A stretch of DNA of 64,000 nucleotides from an uncultured Rivularia sp. (GTDB taxonomy: Bacteria > Cyanobacteriota > Cyanobacteriia > Cyanobacteriales > Nostocaceae). This document shows positions 52,266-63,835 of the stretch, one piece after another. A model generated the notes under the pieces. That model was not told where the DNA came from. It did not search any database and worked only from the letters and a program-made list of their open reading frames with translations. Numbering within the stretch: the stretch's first letter is position 1; every line of letters starts with the position of its first letter. The stretch spans positions 1,120,001-1,184,000 of the forward strand of contig OY762007.1 in NCBI GenBank assembly GCA_963665115.1, written 5' to 3'. A program made the position numbers and the translations under genes.

Positions 52266-54407
52266 ATGGCTCCCGTCGGCATTGGTTCTAGCGATTCAAG
52301 TTATACATTAAAATCGGGTGAAGCTAAACTTTGGCTGTTATTGGTGGGTGTCAACGATTATCAAGATATAGGTTTACCTTCTTTACGTTATCCAGCTTTG
52401 GATTGTCAGGGTTTGGAGCAGTCATTAATTAAAGCTACTGAAGGATTTCCTAATAAGGAGATTGTGGTACATCACGATTTTGCTTCAAAAACGCCTATAT
52501 TAAAAAATATTCGGGAGAGTTTAAAGAAGATTGTCTTTTATTCTCAACCTGACGACTCCATAATGCTATATTTTTCCGGACATGGAATGTTAGATCCGAG
52601 TACCCAAGAAGCTGTATTATGTTTTTCCGATACCAACCAAAATAATTTATTAAATACTGGTTTACCGATGCAGGAATTGGTAGAAATTTTAAGTAAAAGT
52701 CCTGCAAAGCAACAATTATTATGTTTGGATACCTGTCATAGTGGTGATATGGCATTATTGGGTTCCGGTGGTAGTGCTAGAGATGCAGAAACACCCGTGA
52801 GCAATTCCACCCCGCAACTGATGAGCGTCTTGAGACAGCGAGCTTCTCAAAGCAAGGGATTTTGTGCTTTACTAAGTTGCGATCGCGGACAAAAGTCTTG
52901 GGAATTTCCCGAGTTGGGGCATGGGGTGTTCACCTATTATTTAATGCAGGGGTTGTCGGGAGAAGCTGCCGATACCACCGGATTTATTGATGCTGACGGC
53001 TTATATAAATATGTTTATCGTCAAACGGTACAGTATATTGATAAATTAAATTATCAAGTACGTTTAATTAATCAGCAAAAGCTGGCTCGTGGAGACAGTA
53101 AACTTTATCCGGAGTATCCTTTACAAACTCCTAAAAGAATTGTTGAAGGGGTAGGAGAATTAATTGTTGGATATAAGCCCAAGAAAGAAAATCGTCAAAG
53201 TCAATTAAGACGTGCTTTTGTGGTTGATGGGCTGTTAAATCGAGATTCGAGCAACAAGTTAAGTCTATTGCTGGCTGGTGCTGGTGGTTTTGAAGTCGAA
53301 TGTTTTCATCAACAAGATAAAAATTGGTCGGATATTCAAGGAGAAATTCAAAAATTTATCCAAACTACCCAGGAATTAAAAGCAGAAAATCATGGCATAG
53401 GGGGAGTTAACAACATATCCACCTGTTTATTATATTTACGGGGTTGCGTTAAAGAAACCGAAGATGGAGAAGGCAGATTAATTTTAGGTGGTGGAGCCTA
53501 TTTGAGTCGCAGTTATTTTAGAAGAATATTGCGTCAGGCCCAAAAAACACAGCAAATAGTAATATTAAATTTAGTCAGCCCGGATTCAAATCTTTCTACC
53601 GCACAGAATTGGATCGAAGATTTACAATGCTCAGCCGAATACGGACAATGTTTAATAATTACTCAAACATCCTTCGATAAATCGGAAGTCTTTTGCCAAA
53701 CCTTGATAGAAAGTCTTGCTGCGGCAAATTCTCAACTTGGATTACCAGTTGCAAAATGGATTACTCAATTACAAAAACTGTTGCAGAATAAAGATATTAA
53801 TTTAAAAACTTGGTTTTCCGGTACCCAAGCCATAATTGATATTTTACCAGGTGGTATCGATCGGGTATTTGAGGAAGTTAAGCAAGTTGAAATTAAGAAA
53901 GCAGCAGTAACGAAGCTTGCAAAACCATTAGCAACTGCACAAAATATACAGAATATAGTTTTAACAGCCGAAAATTACACTAGATTAGAAACATTGCTCA
54001 AACATTCAGTAGGAGTAATTGCATCGGCGATATTGCAACAGTGCATTGACAAATCGGCAAATAACCAAGAATTAATCGAAAAGCTGACAGATTATATATC
54101 TCTCCAGCAAAAAAGGCATTTTAAAAATCAAGCCAAAGTTATTTTAGAGTCTTCAGATATTGCCATTCAACCCCAGCTATCTAAATCGGCAGCAGTTGTA
54201 GGGCAAAGCATCGATAATGATTTTATCAAAGAATGCAAACGCGACTTGATTTATTTAATTGGCCCAATCGCGAATTTTGTTATTGAAGAGATATTGCAAT
54301 CTAATCCGCAGATTAGTGCAACCGACTTTGTAAACGAATTAGCAAAAAACGTACCCGACTCCGGAATGGCTGAAGAATTTAAACAGCGGATGTTAGAAAA
54401 AGGTTAA
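52266..54407 (+). CDS. Caspase-family (peptidase C14) protein with an intact His/Cys dyad and two C-terminal helical repeats
   Basis: LLVGVNDY, LYFSGHG, LDTCHSG, HGVFTYYL; repeats VGVIA and IGPIA. Confidence 0.9.
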   Translation: MAPVGIGSSDSSYTLKSGEAKLWLLLVGVNDYQDIGLPSLRYPALDCQGLEQSLIKATEGFPNKEIVVHHDFASKTPILKNIRESLKKIVFYSQPDDSIMLYFSGHGMLDPSTQEAVLCFSDTNQNNLLNTGLPMQELVEILSKSPAKQQLLCLDTCHSGDMALLGSGGSARDAETPVSNSTPQLMSVLRQRASQSKGFCALLSCDRGQKSWEFPELGHGVFTYYLMQGLSGEAADTTGFIDADGLYKYVYRQTVQYIDKLNYQVRLINQQKLARGDSKLYPEYPLQTPKRIVEGVGELIVGYKPKKENRQSQLRRAFVVDGLLNRDSSNKLSLLLAGAGGFEVECFHQQDKNWSDIQGEIQKFIQTTQELKAENHGIGGVNNISTCLLYLRGCVKETEDGEGRLILGGGAYLSRSYFRRILRQAQKTQQIVILNLVSPDSNLSTAQNWIEDLQCSAEYGQCLIITQTSFDKSEVFCQTLIESLAAANSQLGLPVAKWITQLQKLLQNKDINLKTWFSGTQAIIDILPGGIDRVFEEVKQVEIKKAAVTKLAKPLATAQNIQNIVLTAENYTRLETLLKHSVGVIASAILQQCIDKSANNQELIEKLTDYISLQQKRHFKNQAKVILESSDIAIQPQLSKSAAVVGQSIDNDFIKECKRDLIYLIGPIANFVIEEILQSNPQISATDFVNELAKNVPDSGMAEEFKQRMLEKG

Positions 54408-54476
54408 AGGTTAAAGGTTAAAGGTTAAAAATGTTTACCAATTACCAATTACCAATTACCAATTACCAATTACCTA

Positions 54477-55370
54477 TTACCTATTATCCTTATTTTTCAA
54501 CATATTCATTGCAATTTCCAAACTATACTTCATTCTATTAAAGGCTTCGGCTAAATCTCCGATTTCATCGTTACGTTGTTGACCAAAACTAGCATTCATA
54601 TCACCGACGCTAACTTGCTCGGCAACTGTAGAAATTCGTTTAATTCGCCCTAAAACGGTTCTTTTTAATAGTCCGTTCATTATTACAACTACGGCTGTAA
54701 AAATCATCGCCACAACTCCCATAACTATCATAAAAGACCGATTCGCATTTTGAAAAATCTTTTGGGCAGGTACATAAACAATTTGAGTGGCAACAATTTC
54801 ATTTAATTTCCATCCGTAGCCACTTTCTGTGCCATAAGTGTTTATCTGACTTTTCGGTGCTTTATCGACTGTAGTGTGACAGCGAAGACAACTTTCGTTT
54901 TTGATTTGAAAAGGTTTGGCAGTGTAATACAGTTGGGTTCCATTCTTATTGCGAAAACCCGATATAGATTTTGTATCTGGTTCCCGACGAAATCTGTTAA
55001 CAATATCAGCTTCAAAATCATCAGCTTTATCTCGTAAATTCGTCGGATTTAATGCCGCATCTTTATAGAAGTAACTGGCAAACTCTGGACTTTTACGAAA
55101 ATATTCAAAGGTTTCTCTAACTGAATAAGTTGGTATCGCTTCGGGAATAAACTCTTCTTGAGTTTCTAGTTTTGGCAATAATAAAGGTTGTACTCTGTCA
55201 TTTGTATAGGTTCTAATTGAATTATTCATTGCCATTAACGCGCTTGCTTTAGAATCTACCTCGCTCTCAGCTTTATCTTCTAATACATTTGCCAGCGATA
55301 TTCCACTGATTAGAATACCAATGACGAAGACAATTATTAAACTTAACGTTACTTTGGTTTCAATTTTCAT
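54477..55370 (-). CDS. DUF3365 (Tll0287-like c-type heme) periplasmic domain + HAMP, paralog 2
   Basis: TM - NPTNLRDKAD - SCLRCH - G.GW - TM - HAMP (DEIGDLAEAFNRM). Confidence 0.88.
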   Translation of the reverse strand: MKIETKVTLSLIIVFVIGILISGISLANVLEDKAESEVDSKASALMAMNNSIRTYTNDRVQPLLLPKLETQEEFIPEAIPTYSVRETFEYFRKSPEFASYFYKDAALNPTNLRDKADDFEADIVNRFRREPDTKSISGFRNKNGTQLYYTAKPFQIKNESCLRCHTTVDKAPKSQINTYGTESGYGWKLNEIVATQIVYVPAQKIFQNANRSFMIVMGVVAMIFTAVVVIMNGLLKRTVLGRIKRISTVAEQVSVGDMNASFGQQRNDEIGDLAEAFNRMKYSLEIAMNMLKNKDNR

Positions 55371-55440
55371 AGTTTTAATGTGGTAATTGGTAATTGGTAA
55401 TCGGTAACTGGTAATTAGTCAACATCTTTAACATTTAACC

Positions 55441-56331
55441 TCAACCACCTCTTTTTTTATTAATCATATTCATGGCAATTTCTAAACTGTATTTCATTCG
55501 GTTAAACGCTTCAGCTAAGTCTCCAATTTCATCTTTATTTTGTTTGCCGAAATTAGCATTCATGTCACCAACACTAACTTGTTCTGCAACTGATGCAATT
55601 TTTTTAATTCGCTGTAATACGGTTCTTTTTAATAGCAAATTTATGATGACAACGACTGCTGTGAAAATCATCGCGACAATTCCGGTAATTAAGAGAAATG
55701 AGTCGCGAGCATTTGTAAGAATGCTTTCGGCAGGTACGTAAACTATTTGAGCGCCAAGTACTTCATTCAATTTCCATCCGAAACCATTTTCTCTTCCATA
55801 GGTTGCTAATTGACTTTTTGGTGCCCTTTCGGGAGTACTATGACAGCGAAGACAACTTTCATTTGTTACCGAGAAAGGTTTAGCTGTATAGTAAAGTTTT
55901 GTCCCCGATATTGTGCGATAACCCGATGAAGTATTCTTATCGGTATTTTTAAATTTGTTGACGATTTTCGTTTCAAAATTATCTGCTTTATCTCGTAAAT
56001 TAGTCGGATCTAATGTCGCATCTTTATAGAAAAAATTGGCATAATCTGGAGTACTACGAAAATATTCAAAGATTTCTCTGACGGAAAAAGCTGGTATCGA
56101 TTCTGGAATAAATGTATCTTGATTTTCTGCTTTTGGTAATAATAAAGGCTGTACTCGCTCGTTTGTATAGTTTCTGATGGCATTGTTCATTTCCATCAAC
56201 GCGCCTGCTTTTGAATTTACTTCTCCCTGGGCTTTTGTATTTAATACGTTTGATAGTGCAATTCCACTAATTAAAATACCAATTACAAAAACAATTATCA
56301 AATTTAAAGTTAATCGGGTTCCTATTTTCAT
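55441..56331 (-). CDS. DUF3365 c-type heme domain + HAMP, paralog 1
   Basis: Same architecture; SCLRCH. Confidence 0.88.
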   Translation of the reverse strand: MKIGTRLTLNLIIVFVIGILISGIALSNVLNTKAQGEVNSKAGALMEMNNAIRNYTNERVQPLLLPKAENQDTFIPESIPAFSVREIFEYFRSTPDYANFFYKDATLDPTNLRDKADNFETKIVNKFKNTDKNTSSGYRTISGTKLYYTAKPFSVTNESCLRCHSTPERAPKSQLATYGRENGFGWKLNEVLGAQIVYVPAESILTNARDSFLLITGIVAMIFTAVVVIINLLLKRTVLQRIKKIASVAEQVSVGDMNANFGKQNKDEIGDLAEAFNRMKYSLEIAMNMINKKRGG

Positions 56332-56357
56332 GATTTTTTATCCTTTTATAAGGGAGG

Positions 56358-56500
<143 letters not shown>

Positions 56501-56708
56501 TTTATATTAGTAATAAAACATAATTTTATGAAGAATAATTGGTTTGACGAAGCTTTTTATGCAAACTTTAAAATTATTATTTTTGAAAAATTATTTAAGT
56601 ATGATTATTTATAATTCTTCGTAATCTTCAGATAAAGATTTATTTTATACTCATACTCTTCTTGATATGATTTACATAATGAAAGTATATTTACTCCATC
56701 ATATTAAA

Positions 56709-57566
56709 ATGAATTCCAAATTATCTCGACGTATATTTATATCACAAATGCTTTTATCAATAGCTGCTTGTGCGACAGAAGAAACAATATTTACTCGACG
56801 TTTAGTTATAGGTGTACTCAGTTATGGACAAGGAAAACAAACTGTAGAAAGATTAAGCGAATTTCGTGAATATTTAAGCGATAATCTCAAGACGATTATT
56901 GAATTGGAACCCGCTTTTAATGAAAGAATCGCCATCGAACGCATCAAACGTAAATCTTGGTCATTGGTTTTTGCTACTCCTGGTTTAGCTGCTATGGGTA
57001 TTGCTTATCATCAATATTGGAGTATGTTTCCTTTAAAATTAGATAGCAACTCTCGTTCTATAATTGTTGTCAATCAAGGTAGTTCTTTAAAGAAAATACA
57101 AGATTTACAAGGGAAAAAACTGGCTTTAGGACAACAGGGTTCGGCAACTGGTTATTATTTTCCACTTTTCAATCTTTACGGTTTGACATTAGCCTCGATC
57201 CGATTTTCTCCTACACCACAATTATCTTTAGAATTATTATCGCAAGGTGAAGTTGATGCTGCTGCTCTTTCTTTAGAAGAGTTTAATTTTTATAAATCAA
57301 AAATAGATTCTGCACAGTTTCAGATTTTATTTACAGATACTCATACTGCACCTTCCGGCTCTTTGATATGTAGTCCAATGGTAGAAAGAAAACTCGCCGA
57401 TGCGATTCGCAGTAACTTGAATAAAGCTCCTGATTCCTTGATTCAACAAGCCGAATATGTCCCAAAATCATCACCCCCCGATTATAAATATATGATCAGT
57501 GTGGTTAAAAGAGTTAATGCTATTACTGAAAATATTAACTCCAAACCCGTGCGTTTATTTAATTGA
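56709..57566 (+). CDS. PhnD/SsuA-like substrate-binding protein
   Basis: SRRIFI export signal; DLQGKKLALGQQGSATGYYFP; GEVDAA. The start is uncertain (56667-56709). Confidence 0.82.
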   Translation: MNSKLSRRIFISQMLLSIAACATEETIFTRRLVIGVLSYGQGKQTVERLSEFREYLSDNLKTIIELEPAFNERIAIERIKRKSWSLVFATPGLAAMGIAYHQYWSMFPLKLDSNSRSIIVVNQGSSLKKIQDLQGKKLALGQQGSATGYYFPLFNLYGLTLASIRFSPTPQLSLELLSQGEVDAAALSLEEFNFYKSKIDSAQFQILFTDTHTAPSGSLICSPMVERKLADAIRSNLNKAPDSLIQQAEYVPKSSPPDYKYMISVVKRVNAITENINSKPVRLFN

Positions 57567-59173
57567 ATTGTAATATAAATGCTATCATGTCACGCTTACC
57601 TAAACCAATCTTTACTCCGGGACCTAACTTATACCAAATACCCGGTAAAAGTGGATATTTATTAATATATGTACCGTTAGAACTTCCCATATCTTGAATA
57701 TAGTAATCTTCTCCATCAAATTTAATTTGAGCATGGTTTCGAGAAACTACTTCCGAATGAGGTAAATTTGCAACGTCTATATTTTGACTATTATCGTTAT
57801 TTCCTTTACCGATATTAATTAATGAAGGAACTTCCGGTAAATCAAGTACTTGATTAGTTAAAGTATGAATTAATTGAGGAACGGGTGCTTGTAAATTTGT
57901 CGGTGAATCTGTTGCTGGAATAAATGTTTTTTGTGCTTGTAATCCGCTAATAATTGGTGCGGGTAGTGTTTGTTTGGGAGTTATGAGAATGTTGAAGATG
58001 AAAAATGCAATTACAGAATAAACAGCAGCACTGAAAAATACAACTTTGATTCCACCTAAGCCAATTGCTAAACCTCCGAGTATGGGGCCCGAGTGCTTGC
58101 CCTAACGATTGCACGCTGGCATTCACAGCCATAAATCCAGCACGGGAATCTTGAGCGGATAATCCTGCTAATAATGCTTGAGATGATGGTAAAGCGAATG
58201 CTAATGCTACACCAAATAAAGCGCTAGGAATTAATAACAGCCAGGGGTTAGTTATTAACGGAATCATTATTAATGCTACCGCACTGATGGGAAAAGAAGT
58301 TTTAATTAAAGTTATTTCCGAAAACCTTTGAATTAACCATCCCAATTGAGAAGCACTTATCGCAACAGCCAAGGACATTACACATAATATAATTCCATTC
58401 ATAAACCCAGAAGCACCAAGATTAACCCCTGCAAAAATTGGTATGTAGGTTATAAAAGCCCCAAACTGAATCATAAATATGGTACCCACCGCAAATAATA
58501 ATCCCATCACGGAACGGTTATTAACGCTATTCCAAGTACCTTTGAGATAAACTTTTAAACTTTCTTGTTTTACATTAGCAGGTCTTTTTGGTAATTTTAA
58601 AACCATGATTACCAGCATTACCAAAGGAAAAGCTAAAACCGAAAGTAGAAATGGGTACGACCAATTTAGACTTCCTAAAGCTCCACCCACCAACGGGTAA
58701 ATTGCCGAAGATATGCCGATTACAGCAGCATTGATGGACATTGCCGCACCCAACATTCTACCTTGGTAGAGCATGGCAATCATCGTTAGCGATAAAGCAT
58801 CTAGAGGAGCAGCACCCAATCCTTGTAAAAATCGCAATCCGAGAACAGAAGTGAAAGTACCCGCAAAAGAAATCGAAGCTCCCGCGATCGCAAACAATAT
58901 TAAAGCCGGAATCAACACTTTGCGAATTCCAATCCGATCTGCCAAAACCCCTAAAATAGGAGTTGCAAGACCGATGGGTAACACAAAAAGCGTCATCACC
59001 AGTTCAATTTCCCTGGTAGAGACATTAAATACTTCCGTCAGACTCGGTAATATTGGAGCAACCGTTTGTCCTCCCATAATAGATATCAAAGTTACACCAA
59101 TAATGATGTAAAGATTTTTATCCTGAGCGATATTTGGTGTATTTTTCTGCTCTGCTTGAACTGATGTATTCAC
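57559..59173 (-). CDS. MFS transporter fused to a C-terminal FHA domain; +1 frameshift near 58087
   Basis: GVLADRIGIRKV MFS motif. After removing one base at GGGGCCC the frame reads GPILGG...IGKG...VVSRNHA...QDMGSSNGTYIN...QFN* to 57559. Confidence 0.82.
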
Positions 59174-59211
59174 ATTTACTCCCTATTGATTTTACTGCTT
59201 CATTTATTAAA

Positions 59212-59238
59212 TAGGAGTTGGGGTAATCAGTTTATGCA
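59212..59238 (-). promoter_or_regulatory. TGCATAA-N14-CTCCTA motif upstream of the MFS-FHA gene
   Basis: Read on the minus strand; the downstream element begins 44 nt before the GTG start. Confidence 0.6.
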
Positions 59239-59790
59239 ATATTAATTTTGGGGAATTGGGAATTGGGGATTGGGTAATGGGTAATGGGTAATTGGTAATT
59301 GGTCAGTAAGTCGGCATGAATAAATATAATTGTCTTCTGTCATTGCCACGAGGGACAAGGAAGCAATCCCAACCGTTTCGAGCTTTTTACTTTTCGTTAC
59401 ATAGTTTGATTTCTTTGCGCCAACTTACTTGTATCTAATCTTCCTGTATGGGAATAGTTCGTAGGTTTTAATCTTATTGTGGAAAAAGATCAATTAAGAA
59501 AAAACCTTACTAAACGCAGAGGACGCTGAGGGAAGAGGTTTTAGAGAGATGGTTGGTAATTTTTTTATTTTGTAGGGTGCGTGACACCTTAAGTAATGTT
59601 GGATGTAGCGATAATTTTGATTGTGTCACGCACCAATCCGTGTATTGTAATTTCCGAGATTGGGAAAGGGAATATCTTGTTATATCAGGTGTTCCGGTAT
59701 CGGAATAGTATTTTTTTAAACGCAGAGGAGCGCTGAGGGAAACGCGGAGGAGCGCGGAGTAGAGGTAAGGGGATGAGAGAAAAGTTGGTG

Positions 59791-60897
59791 TTAAAATATT
59801 TCACAAGCAACTCGGAAGCCGTTTTCTGGGATGAGATTAGTTCGGTCTACCTTAAGACGATAAGCAGAATGACACTTATCAGGACTGACTCTCCATGAAC
59901 CACCACGCATCGAACGAATTATACGACTTTGGTAATTAATCCATGCGCTACCATCTAATGGTAATTTTTTATAATCATCAAGCCAAGTATCTTCGCACCA
60001 TTCCCATACATTTCCGTGCATATCGTATAACCCAAAAGCATTAGGAGGGAATTGTCCGACTGGGGTTGTTTTTCCCCTGGATTCACCTTTTGGCTCATCT
60101 GCATAGCTGCTTGTGTGAGCGAAATAATTAGCTAATTCGCTGGTAATTGTCTCTCCATAATGGAATGGTGTGATAGTTCTGGCTCTACAAGCATATTCCC
60201 ACTGAGTTTCACTAGGTAATCTGTATTCTTTCCCTGTAGCTTTTGATAATCTCGCACAAAATTCTGCTGCGTCAGACCGAGTAACTCTTTCTACCGGACG
60301 ATTTTGATGTTTTCCTTCATAGTTAGAAAGTTCTGAGTATAAATCTCGCTTAATCTTGAGTAATATAGCTATTGCTTTCCATTGTGCTTGAGTAACTGGG
60401 AATTTCCCCATATAAAATGGTTTTATTGTGACTTGATGCTGTGTTCCTTTGTCTTCCGGTGAACGCATCAAAAATGTCCCACCGGGAATATAAGCCATTT
60501 CCAACTCAATATTATTACCCAAATCTTCCACAAAATATTTCGCTAAATGCTGCTGACGTTGAATAATTTCACCACAACGGTTTACAGTTACTACTTCAAT
60601 TGATTCCAATCCTTCTAAAGCTTGTTTTACCTTCTGTTCCGATAAAGGAGCTAATAAGGAATAGACTTTGATTTGAACTTGTGGTGATTCATCTTCTAAA
60701 GCTTTGATAACCAAATCCAAACCTGGTTCCCCATAATTCAAAGCTTGTTGAAGCGCTTTTATCCTCACCTGTGGATTTGAATTACTCAACCGCAGTTTTA
60801 CACCTTCAATTCCACCAAGGACTGCTGCATGTTTTGGAGGCGGATTTTTCCCACCGAGTACTGCATCGTAGGGTTTAGGATTTTGATTATCTGACAT
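59791..60897 (-). CDS. HEAT-like N-terminus + FGE-sulfatase (C-type lectin fold) protein, paralog 1
   Basis: PYDAVLGG...VLGGIEGVK; RLPSE.QWEYACRA; PNAFGLYDMHGNVWEW; RGGSW; GFRVAC. Confidence 0.9.
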   Translation of the reverse strand: MSDNQNPKPYDAVLGGKNPPPKHAAVLGGIEGVKLRLSNSNPQVRIKALQQALNYGEPGLDLVIKALEDESPQVQIKVYSLLAPLSEQKVKQALEGLESIEVVTVNRCGEIIQRQQHLAKYFVEDLGNNIELEMAYIPGGTFLMRSPEDKGTQHQVTIKPFYMGKFPVTQAQWKAIAILLKIKRDLYSELSNYEGKHQNRPVERVTRSDAAEFCARLSKATGKEYRLPSETQWEYACRARTITPFHYGETITSELANYFAHTSSYADEPKGESRGKTTPVGQFPPNAFGLYDMHGNVWEWCEDTWLDDYKKLPLDGSAWINYQSRIIRSMRGGSWRVSPDKCHSAYRLKVDRTNLIPENGFRVACEIF

Positions 60898-61149
60898 ATC
60901 TTCTATTAAGTTTGGGAACTACCTGAAAATTATTATTCCCAACTCACCCGTGAAATAATCATCTCAAATCAAAAAGCAGGTGAAATCAATAGTTTCAGGA
61001 GTGCGATAAGCCTTCGTGCTTGACCGAAAGAATTTTAGATTTTGGATTATAAATCGTTTCAAGCAAGATGGTTTCAACTATGGGAACAATCTAAAATCCA
61101 AAATCGTTTGACTTAACTTTCATGATAAAATTCTCTTTTTATATAATAA

Positions 61150-61767
61150 GTGATGACAAATACTTCAAATTTCAACCGATTTACTTATGTAATTGGAGCA
61201 AATGATGAAATTGAAGATGAACTAATTAATTGGGTGACAAAATCGGAAGAATATATTAATCAATATTTTGAAGGATATAGAAGCCAAATTAATAAAACAG
61301 TTTTTGGAGATTGCGTATCGAAAATAGAGGCTCTAGCAGAATTATTTATATATGATGATAATTACTTATCGGATTTTAGAGGAGTAAGAGATATAGATGG
61401 TCGTTTGCAAGCTGGTGCCGTAATTTCCGAGCAGATAGGTGAACTTTACCCGTATGCAGAAGAAAGAAAATACTTATCGATAGACCCATTTACTACTCCT
61501 CCCTGGAATTGTTTAAAATTAGAGGGAATAGAGTTTCCTGAAAAAAGGAAAGGTGCGGCTACATGGTTGATGGCAGAAATTGTTCAAGAAACAATTGAGA
61601 CTGAAATTGAAGGAGTAACTAAAGTATTAGCAATTGATAGAGCAAGAAATTTTTATTTAGATATTGGATTTGAAGAAAATCCCGAGTATTCTAGAGAATT
61701 AATTTTGACAAAAGAAACAGCAAGAATTTTCTTAAATAAAGAATTGAGAACTAGAGGAGAGCAATAA
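61150..61767 (+). CDS. GNAT-fold protein, possible toxin
   Basis: TTPPWN...RKGAATWLM...ARNFYLDIGF; its stop overlaps the next start (TAATG). Confidence 0.6.
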   Translation: MMTNTSNFNRFTYVIGANDEIEDELINWVTKSEEYINQYFEGYRSQINKTVFGDCVSKIEALAELFIYDDNYLSDFRGVRDIDGRLQAGAVISEQIGELYPYAEERKYLSIDPFTTPPWNCLKLEGIEFPEKRKGAATWLMAEIVQETIETEIEGVTKVLAIDRARNFYLDIGFEENPEYSRELILTKETARIFLNKELRTRGEQ

Positions 61768-62039
61768 TGGATAAACAACATTATCAACCAACAGAAGAAG
61801 AAATAAAATGGCGAGAAAGATTAGACGAGTTAGGTATGACTGCAATGTGTGGTACACCTATGTCTGATGAAGAAAAAGAGCGAAGGCTTCAATCGGTAAT
61901 TGATGGTAGTTGTTTTAAGAAGTATCTGGAAGGAATATTACAAAGAAAGAAAAAGCTTTTAGAAAGATTAGCGGCTACCGAAAAAACCGAACAATTATTA
62001 AGGGATAAAATAGCAGAAATGGAAGCTAGAAAGAAATAG
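61767..62039 (+). CDS. Small coiled-coil protein, possible antitoxin
   Basis: 90 aa, highly charged, translationally coupled, RBS AGGAG. Confidence 0.6.
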   Translation: MDKQHYQPTEEEIKWRERLDELGMTAMCGTPMSDEEKERRLQSVIDGSCFKKYLEGILQRKKKLLERLAATEKTEQLLRDKIAEMEARKK

Positions 62040-62275
62040 AAATAAGAAATTTATAAAAATACTAATTCGATACCGCAATAGTTTTTTGCAAATGTAGAAT
62101 CATCTCCGTATTTGAGCTTCTGTTCCGATAGGGGGATTGATAGTCATAGCTAGGAATAAAAATTTATTGTGATATCTACTGTTCCGGAGTCGGAATAGTT
62201 GTTTTTTTTAACGCAAAGGAGTGCTGAGTAAGTTATTCGTTAGTTTGATTATTTTGAGGCTCCGGGGAGTTGAGA

Positions 62276-63471
62276 TTAAAAGATATCGCAGACAACCCGA
62301 AAACTAAGCTTGCTCTTAATATGGTAGCGGTCATCGGTAAAGCTTGGAATTAATTCAAATTCGTCGTCGTGAAAAAAGCGTTGAGTGCAACGACACCAAT
62401 CAGCAAGTGAAAACCATGAACCAGAGCGTACTACTCGCTGAAAGGGACTTCCAAAAATAACATTCCATGCCTTAGTAATCCGCGAACTACCGTCTGTAGA
62501 CGCTCCTCTATAATTATCATGCCAGTTATCTTGGCACCATTCCCATACATTTCCGTGCATATCGTATAACCCAAAAGCATTAGGAGGAAATTGTCCGACT
62601 GGGATAGTTTGTCCTCGCCATTCTCCTTTGGGTTCGTCTGCATAAGTGAAGTTAGCATCATAATTCGCTAATTCACTCGTAATTGTTTCCCCATAGTGAA
62701 ATGGTGTTGTAGTCCCCCGGCTCTACAAGCACATTCCCATTCGGCTTCACTAGGTAATCTATATTTTTTTCCTGTTAGTTTAGATAATCTGGCACAAAAT
62801 TCTATTACATCGTACCAGGATACTCTTTCTACAGGACGATTATCTCCTTTGAAGTAAGAAGGTTCTAGTTTTAGTTTTCGCTCTATCTTAGATAATTTGG
62901 CTATTGCTTCCCATTGTGCCTGAGTAACAGTAAATTTTCCCATGTAAAATGGTTTTATTGTGACTTGGTGTTGAGGTTTTTCATAACCAAAGCGAGTTTT
63001 TTCATCTTCTGGTAAACCCATTAAGAAACTACCACCCCTGATATAAGCCATTTCCAAATCAATCCCATTACCCAAATCTTCCACAAAATATTTCGCTAAA
63101 TGCTGCTGACGTTGAATAATTTCACCACAACGGTTTACAGTTACTACTTCAATCGCTTCAAGCTTTAAATTACAAGGATTAAATTCAAGTAGAGCTTGTT
63201 TAACTTTCTGTTCCGATAAAGGGATTAATAAAGAATGAGCTTTGATTTGAACTTGTGGTGATTCGTCTTCCAAAGCTTTGATAATTAAATCTATTCCTGG
63301 TTCACCATAATTCAAAGCTTGGTGAAGCGCTGTTATTCTCACCTCTAGATTTTCATTATTCAATCGTTGCTTTACACCTTCTATTCCACCGAGAACTGCT
63401 GCACCTTCTGGAGCTTGATTTTGATTACCTAAAACTGCATCGTATGGTTTTGGTTGTTGATGATTTTCCAT
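62276..63471 (-). CDS. HEAT-like + FGE-sulfatase protein, paralog 2; frameshift near 62715
   Basis: Same architecture as paralog 1; the ORF breaks at CCCCCGG after ACRAG and resumes to MHGNVWEW...SFRVVCDIF. Confidence 0.85.
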
Positions 63472-63835
63472 AAGTAAGATATTGATTCCACCCTATTTGT
63501 TATGTCAGATATTTTTCTAAACTATATTAGTGAATTTATTTAAGATTCAGTTAGCGATCGCCTTTTGTCAATAAAAAAGCTTTTGAGTTGGAAATCGTTT
63601 TAAATAAAGGGTTTTATCTTCTATTCCGATACCGGAATTGATAATCCGAGTCGGATATGAGAAATTTATACAAATAGTAATTCTATACTGCAATAGTTTT
63701 TTACGAACTTAGAATAATCTCCGTGTTTTAGCTTCTACTCCGATAAAGGAATTAAAGGAATTCTAATTTTACTAATCCGGTATCGGTTGGGGTTTTTGAA
63801 AAAAGCACAGAAGTGCTGAATCAATAATTTTGAGA

